From an uncultured bacterium (lineage in GTDB: Bacteria > Babelota > Babeliae > Babelales > Babelaceae), in contig CAWFXL010000001.1 in assembly GCA_963819815.1 (NCBI GenBank), positions 1 through 64,000 on the forward strand: a stretch of 64,000 bases of DNA, read 5' to 3'. Below are positions 56,577 to 64,000 of this stretch, piece by piece. Positions within the stretch are counted from its first letter, which is position 1. Each line of letters starts with the position of its first letter. The translations under genes were made by a program, and so were the position numbers. The notes beneath the pieces were generated by a model. The model made no database searches, had not been told where the DNA came from, and saw only the letters and a program-made list of their open reading frames with translations.

Positions 56577-57323
56577 TTATTTTTTTCTTGCAATAACAGA
56601 ATAATAAGGAGGGCCTTCTTGCGGCTCTTCATTTGTCTTTGGTAGCAATGCATTAAGTTCATCAAAATACATAATCTCAAAATCATCAAAAAGCTTTATG
56701 AGCTCGTTTTTTGGCAGTGGAGGAAGATCTCCTACAAAGAAGCTACCGGGCTTGATATGTGCCACTATCTGTTTCCACACCTTTGGAAAATCTTTCACCC
56801 CTTTACTTGATAAAGAGTAGAATGCTATGAAAAGATCGACTTGAGGGATGTAGGTCCAATTGAGATCTTCAAACCGGGATGCTATGGTTCTTAACTGTGA
56901 ACGATAAGGATATATAGCCTTCTGGGAAGCAAGCACTTGAAGCATTTCTTTCACGTGGTCGATAGCAATAACCTGGTATCCGCGCTTAAGCAAATACGCA
57001 GACTCCACTCCCGCATAGCCCGCTCCAAAGTCGATCGCAATTCCTGGCGGTATATGCTTCATTTGAATGTACTCAAAAGCTTTTATTAAAAGTGGGTTTG
57101 CTGGCCTCGTAGGGGCTTCGCGGGGAATAAGGCTGTAAATTAAGTTGCTTTTCGCACGCTTTCTTGCGACTTGAAGAGTTAAAGCAACAGTAACTATGCT
57201 GACTAAGCTGATTCCGATGATAAAATGAAGTTCGCTAAACCTATATTTCACAGGCTCTCTCCGTTGTTTGTATTGCACAAGTATAGTACAAGATACGATG
57301 TAGAGGCCATAGTTTCTCCTCAT
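56577..57323 (-). CDS. Class I SAM-dependent methyltransferase with N-terminal TM anchor (start uncertain)
   Basis: Motif I AIDFGAG, VIAID, and IKPGSFFVG post-II motif. Confidence 0.8.
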   Translation of the reverse strand: MRRNYGLYIVSCTILVQYKQRREPVKYRFSELHFIIGISLVSIVTVALTLQVARKRAKSNLIYSLIPREAPTRPANPLLIKAFEYIQMKHIPPGIAIDFGAGYAGVESAYLLKRGYQVIAIDHVKEMLQVLASQKAIYPYRSQLRTIASRFEDLNWTYIPQVDLFIAFYSLSSKGVKDFPKVWKQIVAHIKPGSFFVGDLPPLPKNELIKLFDDFEIMYFDELNALLPKTNEEPQEGPPYYSVIARKK

Positions 57324-57374
57324 GATGCACTTGGGCCGGACCTTGACTTATCGGCATACTTAAATGGATGATTC

Positions 57375-57407
57375 TGCCGATAACATGCCGATAACATGCC
57401 AATAAAA
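57375..57407 (+). repeat. Three 11-bp direct repeats over the fic start, with an inverted copy upstream
   Basis: TGCCGATAACA TGCCGATAACA TGCCAATAAAA; TTATCGGCA at 57,348-57,356 next to TTGACT. Confidence 0.7.
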
Positions 57408-58505
57408 AACATGGTAAGATTTAAGCCTTTCTATACGATTACATCAAAGGTTGCTCAGGGTCTTATGCGGATTGAAGCAGTTAAAGAGAAGGTACTGTAT
57501 GTACCATTAACTCCTTTTGTTTTAGCTTCGTTGCGTCAATCCGCGAAGCTCTATTCAACTCACTATTCTACGATGATTGAAGGCAATGTCCTTACCCAGG
57601 ATCAAGTAAAAGAAGTAGTTGAACACAAAGGACATTTTCCTGGACGTGAACGCGACGAGCAAGAGGTGAAAGGCTACTATGCGGCGTTAACCCTCGTTGA
57701 ACAATGGGCAGCTCGTGGTACGTCTCTTACCGAAAAAATGATACAAACACTTCATGCTCTTGTGATGTCTGGAGGGCAAGCAAAAAGTAAACCTAGCCCC
57801 TATAGAGACGGTCAAAATGTAATCCGTGATGGAAGAACTGGAGCTATCGTCTACTTGCCTCCTGAGGCTCAAGATGTTTCGAATCTCATGAAGTTATTGG
57901 TTCATTGGATAGATAAAGCAAGTGACGTTCCATGCCCGATTGTTGCTGGTATTGCTCATTATCAATTTGCTACCATTCACCCTTATTATGATGGCAACGG
58001 AAGAACAGCAAGGTTACTCACTACGTTTCTACTTCATCATGGTGGGTTTGGTCTCAAGGGACTTTTTTCACTTGAGGAATATTATGCACGTAATTTAGGT
58101 GCTTACTATGAGGCGATAAGCATTGGTGATTCCCATAACTACTCTATGGGACGTGCAGAAGCAGATATTACGCCGTGGATTGAATACTTCATAGAGGGGA
58201 TGGCGGTCTCGTATGAAACTATATTGAAGCATATGGCTCACTTAGCGGCAAAAGGAACATCTGATCACCGTGATCTGATCAGAGACCTTGACCCAATGCA
58301 GCGTAAAGCGCTTGAGCTGTTTCAAAATTTTAAGATTGTCACGAGCAAGCAGGTTGGAGAGCTCTTTGGATTTAAGCCGCGTACCAGCTCACAGCTCTGT
58401 GCAACATGGGTTGAAAACGGTTTTCTTGAGATTGTAGACCCTTCAAACCGAGGGCGGAAATATAAGCTCTCAAAGCACTATGAAGCCTTGCTTACAAGTT
58501 TATAG
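57396..58505 (+). CDS. Fic family protein with C-terminal winged HTH
   Basis: STMIEGN, Fic motif HPYYDGNGRTAR, C-terminal TSKQVGELFG...GRKYKL. Confidence 0.92.
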   Translation: MPIKNMVRFKPFYTITSKVAQGLMRIEAVKEKVLYVPLTPFVLASLRQSAKLYSTHYSTMIEGNVLTQDQVKEVVEHKGHFPGRERDEQEVKGYYAALTLVEQWAARGTSLTEKMIQTLHALVMSGGQAKSKPSPYRDGQNVIRDGRTGAIVYLPPEAQDVSNLMKLLVHWIDKASDVPCPIVAGIAHYQFATIHPYYDGNGRTARLLTTFLLHHGGFGLKGLFSLEEYYARNLGAYYEAISIGDSHNYSMGRAEADITPWIEYFIEGMAVSYETILKHMAHLAAKGTSDHRDLIRDLDPMQRKALELFQNFKIVTSKQVGELFGFKPRTSSQLCATWVENGFLEIVDPSNRGRKYKLSKHYEALLTSL

Positions 58506-58552
58506 GTGTGGAGCCTACGAGATCAAGTAGGTACCAAAGATATTATTTTAAA

Positions 58553-60874
58553 CTATACGTTGATACCCATAGAATTGAAGAGCGCTTTCCAACCACCTCG
58601 GACGAGTATTTGCCAGAAGCTTTCCTGAACGAGGTTCGTCGCGTAATCATAGTTCCGATTGACAAGTCTGGTACCGAATGGTTCTTTTGCATACTTATCT
58701 GAAGGGTCATTTTTACGCTCATTCTTTTTAAGGTCATTGCGAAGTTTAACTTGTCGCATATAGGCTGAATACACATGCTTATCAAGATCACTTTCTCCCA
58801 TCACCATAAAGAGAGGGATCAAGGGAAGGCGTGCAAATTCACCAAGATTTGAGATGATAGACTTATTAAACAGGTCTATTCCTTGCGTTCTAAAATCAAT
58901 GTTTGGGTGAGGATTTTCGGGCTTTAAGCCTTCTTGAAACTCATAGATTGCATTGTTAATCATCTCACCGATTTCATCACCACTGAATCCTTCAGTTGCC
59001 GAAATAAGCTTATCATAGAAGTCTGGTGAGAGCGCATGTGGAGTGCGCGAAATGATCTCAGTAGCATTTTGCTTAAGATAATAGTTGATAATATTCTTCC
59101 GCTTTGCATAATCTGGAAGAGGAACCTCAATCGGTATGAAACGACGGGTAACCGCAGGATCCATGTTCTCAATATAGTTAGTGGTACAGATCACAAATAT
59201 ATCAGGATCATAACGGTACTGATCAAGACTTGTAATAAATGATTTAAGTGCCCTGTTATCTTCTTGGGTGCTTCCATGGGATTTTATACGCGAACTTGTA
59301 CCATCGATTTCATCGATGAGAACCACACAGTTGCCCAGTCTTTTTGCTTCAGCAAAGATGGCATCTAATTTTGCTTTGCCCGACCCTTGGTAGGAATCTC
59401 TAAAGTCACCGCCACCTGCATAGACAATATTTCTGCCAGCAGCTCGAGCCATGAGTTGAGCAATCGTACTCTTACCCGTCCCGGGAGGGCCATAGAGGAG
59501 GAGACAGTTTTTAAGTGCTATTCCAGAAGGCCGAGGAGGAGCCGCTTGCCGTTTCATTTTCTTTATGCAGATGGTTACTGCATTAGGAATCTTTTCACCA
59601 AAGAAATCATTTAAAGAAGGTATCTCATGGTCCTTGAGATGGGCAAGAGGTGGATCATAGTTCACCTTGTTAGCAGCTGGTTTTTCTTCCTGCTGTACTC
59701 TTCCGAGATTTCTTAATGGATTTTCGTTCTTTATTGGAGGAGCTTTGCGTGGTGTAAGCGCATCCTGAATTGTCTGAGCAAGAACGACCAAGCCCTTTTC
59801 TGTATGACGATCTTTATTCTGAGGGTCAGTCACCATAAAGGTTATCACTTGGCGAAACTTTGTGATGACGCATGAGATCCATTCTTGGTCAAAACGTATA
59901 AGAAAGAGAGCTTGGAACTCGTGTGGATTTTTGACCAGCTGGGTTCGTAGCCACGTAAGCTCGGCATTATTCATTTGATGCTCATCTGGAGTGAGCGTCT
60001 CACTAAATTCTAAGAAGTGGATGTCCTTAGGATGAGTGCCCTCAGGTGAATTTTTCAGTTTATGTTCAGCCAGGTCCTTAAGATCTAAGGCCGTGAGCCA
60101 ACTACCATCGGGGGAGTCGGAGGTATCTTCGCTCGGTCCATAGGTTTCTTTGAGAACCTGCTTTTTGTCTTCATAAATCTCATGTTGATTGTTGCTGCAC
60201 CTTAGTTCTCCTGATATTGGCTTCAGTTCACTAAAATATTTCATGCAGATGCTTTCATCAAAAGCATTTCTTGGAGCTTTTGCCTGTGCCTCTTGTTCAA
60301 GTGCTGTGTAAAACTCTTGAGGGGTAAGCGTAAAAGTTCCCGCTTCGTACCCATGAGCTTTTACAACGCGATCTGTGGCTCCTGGCAAAAGATCTGATAC
60401 ATACATTATTTCAACAAGGGAATCACCATCAAGAGCTTTCTGCATGATGCCGACTTGCAATTGAAAAAGATGCAGATATTTAAGGTACAAATAATTAATA
60501 AAGAATTCCTCTAGACGATTCTTAATAACATGCGATCGCCAGTCTGCAACACGTGCGGTACATGCCGATCGGTCCTGTAGCTTTTCAAATAGGGCGGTTT
60601 TTTGTTCCCCATGTGCCTTAGGTACACTCTGCATAATAAGACCACAATAAAGGGCTTCGTACCCAGAACTCGCTGATCCTTGGGGTAGAGAGAGCTCACC
60701 AGAATGAGTTGAGCGGTACTGGTTATAGGTACTTTGTAAGACTTTTGCTGAATACAGAGGATCAACCTGTGCGCTGGAATTACCAAGCTCTGGCTCTTGT
60801 GGACCTGCATAGAACTTTCCTGCAAGACATATGGTGAGACATATTATGATACAGAAATATCTTCTAAAAAACAT
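58553..60874 (-). CDS. Third paralog: signal peptide + N-terminal domain + classic AAA ATPase + C-terminal extension
   Basis: SASSGYEALYCG, DGSWLT, EWISCVITK..ITFMVTDP.NKDR; GPPGTGKS, VLIDEID, TTNY.ENMDPAVTRRF. Confidence 0.88.
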   Translation of the reverse strand: MFFRRYFCIIICLTICLAGKFYAGPQEPELGNSSAQVDPLYSAKVLQSTYNQYRSTHSGELSLPQGSASSGYEALYCGLIMQSVPKAHGEQKTALFEKLQDRSACTARVADWRSHVIKNRLEEFFINYLYLKYLHLFQLQVGIMQKALDGDSLVEIMYVSDLLPGATDRVVKAHGYEAGTFTLTPQEFYTALEQEAQAKAPRNAFDESICMKYFSELKPISGELRCSNNQHEIYEDKKQVLKETYGPSEDTSDSPDGSWLTALDLKDLAEHKLKNSPEGTHPKDIHFLEFSETLTPDEHQMNNAELTWLRTQLVKNPHEFQALFLIRFDQEWISCVITKFRQVITFMVTDPQNKDRHTEKGLVVLAQTIQDALTPRKAPPIKNENPLRNLGRVQQEEKPAANKVNYDPPLAHLKDHEIPSLNDFFGEKIPNAVTICIKKMKRQAAPPRPSGIALKNCLLLYGPPGTGKSTIAQLMARAAGRNIVYAGGGDFRDSYQGSGKAKLDAIFAEAKRLGNCVVLIDEIDGTSSRIKSHGSTQEDNRALKSFITSLDQYRYDPDIFVICTTNYIENMDPAVTRRFIPIEVPLPDYAKRKNIINYYLKQNATEIISRTPHALSPDFYDKLISATEGFSGDEIGEMINNAIYEFQEGLKPENPHPNIDFRTQGIDLFNKSIISNLGEFARLPLIPLFMVMGESDLDKHVYSAYMRQVKLRNDLKKNERKNDPSDKYAKEPFGTRLVNRNYDYATNLVQESFWQILVRGGWKALFNSMGINV

Positions 60875-61129
60875 AGAGGGCTCCGCTCATTTTTATATCT
60901 TGAGTTGGATCGTAAACCATTTATTAATTATCATGATACGCAAATATGAAATTTTAGAAAGAGGCCAGGTATAATGGGCCTATTAAGGACAGGCCTGCTC
61001 TATAAGTCTTTGGGCAGAGTTTTTTGAAATAAGGGATGCTTCTTCGACCGCTGGGGTTGATAGCTATCAATAATCAGTGCCAAGGGCAATCAAAGCCTCG
61101 TGCGACAGGGTGAAAAGGGAGTTTTTCTC

Positions 61130-63571
61130 TCAGGGGACCACAATCGTTTCAGAAGGTTCTTTGTGAATTCCGTTTCCCGGTTCCCGAGCTAGGAAGGGTA
61201 TAACTGAGTCTCCATTTAAGGAAAGGGCACTTATACCATGCTCAATGAGAATGTCGGCTACTTCAGGGTAGTCGGAGGGAGCTTGACCACAAATGCTCAT
61301 TGGAGTACCAAGGGCTTTCGCTTTATCAAGCGCCATGATGAGCATTTTAATGACGGCAGGATCCCGTTCATTAAAAAGATTGGTGAGCTTTTCAGAATCA
61401 CGATCTACCGCGAGCGTAAATTGAGAAAGATCGTTTGATCCGATAGAGAACCCATCAAAAGAAGTACTAAATTCTTCAAGAAGGATAACATTTGAGGGAA
61501 TCTCACACATCATAAGAATCTCAAGGTTATTCTCGCCGCGGATAAGACTATGCTCGGTAAGTGCTGCCAACGTGCAGCTTGCTTCATAGAGGTTCCGTAC
61601 AAAGGGGACAAGAATCTTAATATTGGTAAATCCCATCTCTTCACGAGCCTTTTTTAGGGCACTACATTCAAGTGCGAACGCGGGGGCATATTCAGGATCA
61701 CAATAACGCACTGCTCCTCTAAATCCAAGCATAGGATTTTCTTCAATCGGCTCAAAGTCTTCACCCGCTAGAAGGTTTCGATATTCATTGGTCTTAAAAT
61801 CCGAAAGGCGTACTGTCACTGGTCGTGGGTAAAAGGCAGCAGCTATCATGCCGATGCCCTGCGCAAGAGTTTCTATAAAGAACGTCTTTGGATCGTGCTG
61901 GTAGGGAATACTGAGGGTCTCGATTTTTTTCTTAATATGCGGATCAGAAATGAGATCAGGCCTACAAACCGCCATAGGGTGCACCTTGATAGCATTTGAA
62001 ATAATAAATTCAACGCGGGCAAGACCAACACCTGACACCGGTAAAAAGGATTGTAGATAGGCTCGGTCGGGATCTGCAATATTGAGAAAAATAGGAACCC
62101 GTGGCTTGGGAAGTGAAGTAAGCCTAGTTTTAGTAATGGTGTACCCAAGAGATCCCTCATACACATAGCCTACGGCACTATGGCTCGTATCGATCGTTAT
62201 CATATGAGAATCATTGATAGTACTTGTAGCATCGCCAGTGCCGATGACTGCAGGAATGCCAAGCTCACGACTTACGATAGCAGCATGACAAGTGCGGCCC
62301 CCTTTATCGGTGACAATAGCTGACGCTTTTTTCATAAGAGGTACCCAGTCAGGATCGGTCATGGTTGTAACCAGTACATCCCCTTGATTAAACTGAGCAT
62401 GTTCATGGATATTTTTTAAGATACGAGCCTTACCTCGGGCTATGCCATGACCAATACTGAGCCCTTTTGTTAAAAGGTGGCATGGACCTTCCTCTAACTT
62501 ATAGTGGACGAGCATATCCATATCTTTTTGGCGACTATACACCGTTTCTGGCCGAGCTTGTACAATATATAGCTGCTCGTCGATGCCATCTTTAGCCCAC
62601 TCGATATCCATAGGGGACCATCGGCCGCTAAGCGTAGTATAATAGTTTTCGATGAGGATGGTTTGCCGAGTGAGCTCAAGAATTTCGTTATCAGAGAGTG
62701 AGAATGAATGTTGCATCTCAAGAGGAACGCTTACATTATCAAGAGAGTTGCCCTTATCTCCATAGATGAGCCGAAACTCTTTCGTTCCAAGCTGCTTTTT
62801 TATAATAGGTCGATAGCCAAGTTCAAGTGTTTGCTTATGCACATGGAATTCATCAGGGTTAACAACCCCTTTCACAATGTTTTCACCAAGTCCATAGGAC
62901 GAGGTAATCACCACGACTTCCTTAAAGCCTGTATCAGTATCGAGAGAAAAAATCACGCCCGAGCTTCCTTTATCTGATCGGACCATCTTCTGGATTCCTA
63001 CAGAGATGCCGACTTTGAAATGATCAAAGCCCTGTTCGATACGATAGACAAGTGCTCGATCGGTAAAGAGTGAAGCCATACATTTTTTTACCGATTCAAG
63101 AAGCTCATGAGAACCTTTAATATTCAGATAGGTATCCTGCTGACCTGCAAAAGAGGCATGAGGAAGATCTTCTGCCGTTGCTGAAGAGCGTACGGCGACA
63201 TCAATGTTTTCTTTTTCATAATGAGAGGCGAGCTGCTCATAGGCCATGAGAATCTCAGTCATAAGCTCATCCGGTAGGGGTGCTTCGTCGATTAGTGCTC
63301 GCAAGGAGGCACCTACTTTTTGTACATGGGTAATCGATGAATCTCGTTCTAGCTGTGCAAGGATACTCCTCATTTGAGGAACAAGCTTATTCTGTTCAAG
63401 ATGGTCCCAGTAGGCTTGTGTGGTTATTGCAAAGCCTAAGGGAATACGCATCTTATGTTCAGGGTCAAGTGCCATAAGATGTTGGATCATCTCTCCCAAT
63501 GAGGCATTCTTACCACCAACAAGAGGTACGTCCTTCATTGAAAGTTCAGTATAGAACTTTATGTATTCCAT
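61130..63571 (-). CDS. ppsA: Phosphoenolpyruvate synthase
   Basis: VGGKNASLGEM, AVRSSATAEDLP.ASFAGQQ, GGRTCHAAIVSRE (phospho-His), EENPMLGFRG and SIGSNDL. Confidence 0.96.
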   Translation of the reverse strand: MEYIKFYTELSMKDVPLVGGKNASLGEMIQHLMALDPEHKMRIPLGFAITTQAYWDHLEQNKLVPQMRSILAQLERDSSITHVQKVGASLRALIDEAPLPDELMTEILMAYEQLASHYEKENIDVAVRSSATAEDLPHASFAGQQDTYLNIKGSHELLESVKKCMASLFTDRALVYRIEQGFDHFKVGISVGIQKMVRSDKGSSGVIFSLDTDTGFKEVVVITSSYGLGENIVKGVVNPDEFHVHKQTLELGYRPIIKKQLGTKEFRLIYGDKGNSLDNVSVPLEMQHSFSLSDNEILELTRQTILIENYYTTLSGRWSPMDIEWAKDGIDEQLYIVQARPETVYSRQKDMDMLVHYKLEEGPCHLLTKGLSIGHGIARGKARILKNIHEHAQFNQGDVLVTTMTDPDWVPLMKKASAIVTDKGGRTCHAAIVSRELGIPAVIGTGDATSTINDSHMITIDTSHSAVGYVYEGSLGYTITKTRLTSLPKPRVPIFLNIADPDRAYLQSFLPVSGVGLARVEFIISNAIKVHPMAVCRPDLISDPHIKKKIETLSIPYQHDPKTFFIETLAQGIGMIAAAFYPRPVTVRLSDFKTNEYRNLLAGEDFEPIEENPMLGFRGAVRYCDPEYAPAFALECSALKKAREEMGFTNIKILVPFVRNLYEASCTLAALTEHSLIRGENNLEILMMCEIPSNVILLEEFSTSFDGFSIGSNDLSQFTLAVDRDSEKLTNLFNERDPAVIKMLIMALDKAKALGTPMSICGQAPSDYPEVADILIEHGISALSLNGDSVIPFLAREPGNGIHKEPSETIVVP

Positions 63572-63579
63572 CGTTTTTC

Positions 63580-64000
63580 CTAAAGATTATCCTGAATCAT
63601 TTTTGCAGGGTTATAGAGGAACGATTCAGGGGTATCTACATCGGCAAGGAATTTGCGTAGAGCAGGACCAAGTTCTGGGTCCTGTAAACTAGTACCTACA
63701 ACAGCTTTTATCCAGCCTAGATGAGAGCCAATATCATAGCGCGTACCCTGTACTTTGTAAGCAAAGATACGTTCACCACTATGTAATAAATTGGTGATAG
63801 CATCAGTAAGCGAAAGAGTTTCTTGGTCGTAGGCCATCATCTCGTCGATGACGGTCATTATTTTTGAGGAGAGCACATAGCGTCCTACAATCGCCAATGA
63901 AGAAGGAGCATCTTTAGGTTGAGGCTTTTCAACTACTTGAGATACCTGGAAAAGGTTTGGTGTAATTGCTTTCTTAATGCCGATGACGCCATACGAAGAG
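63580..64000 (-). CDS. galU: UTP--glucose-1-phosphate uridylyltransferase, C-terminal part
   Basis: YGVI...VEKP...APSSLAIVGRYVL, LTDAI and GTRYDIGS.LG. Confidence 0.85.
   Translation of the reverse strand, partial: SSYGVIGIKKAITPNLFQVSQVVEKPQPKDAPSSLAIVGRYVLSSKIMTVIDEMMAYDQETLSLTDAITNLLHSGERIFAYKVQGTRYDIGSHLGWIKAVVGTSLQDPELGPALRKFLADVDTPESFLYNPAKMIQDNL

Noticed and set aside
52132..64000. Low-GC genomic island or prophage inserted in the GC-rich genome
   Set aside because: It contains housekeeping ppsA/galU, has no integrase, att site or phage genes, and the junction truncates genes on both sides; better explained as another organism.
1..64000. rRNA, tRNA, tmRNA, CRISPR arrays
   Set aside because: None recognised by eye; a covariance-model scan would be needed to exclude them fully.

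Overview
This window looks like a composite of at least three unrelated bacterial sequences joined at abrupt, gene-truncating junctions (~18,686 and ~52,132; probably also ~2,460 and ~10,783). The GC-rich parts carry many single-base indels that look like long-read errors. (1) 1-18,685 is alphaproteobacterial (Hyphomicrobiales-like). It holds housekeeping genes (CitE-like lyase, Irr-like regulator, amn, L,D-transpeptidase, proC, TetR), an IS630 fragment, and a mosaic zone with a tandem array of Tat-type ABC substrate-binding genes and a class II UvrA. (2) 18,686-52,131 is Gemmatimonadota-like. It holds a type IV pilus locus (pilS-pilR-GT2-TMTC-like glycosyltransferase-pilA-minor pilins-pilMNOPQ-large lipoprotein-aroC), arfB, SusC/SusD, a metallopeptidase/beta-propeller/Omp85 fusion, a four-helix-bundle gene bracketed by inverted heptamer arrays, Slt, GGDEF, Spy, RidA and a D-amino-acid PLP enzyme. 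(3) 52,132-64,000 is AT-rich and Dependentiae/Babelota-like (inference). It holds three paralogous signal-peptide proteins sharing an apparently inactivated papain-like domain, two of them fused to a classic AAA ATPase, plus a methyltransferase, Fic, ppsA and galU. The best candidates for new biology are (a) a eukaryote-like DPM-synthase + TMTC glycosylation pair embedded between pilR and a Thr/Ser-rich pilA, (b) the secreted pseudo-protease-AAA effector family, (c) the heptamer-flanked four-helix-bundle cassette, and (d) the ADEVIE*/MRRREF substrate-binding-protein array. All family assignments come from motif recognition by eye; no searches were run.
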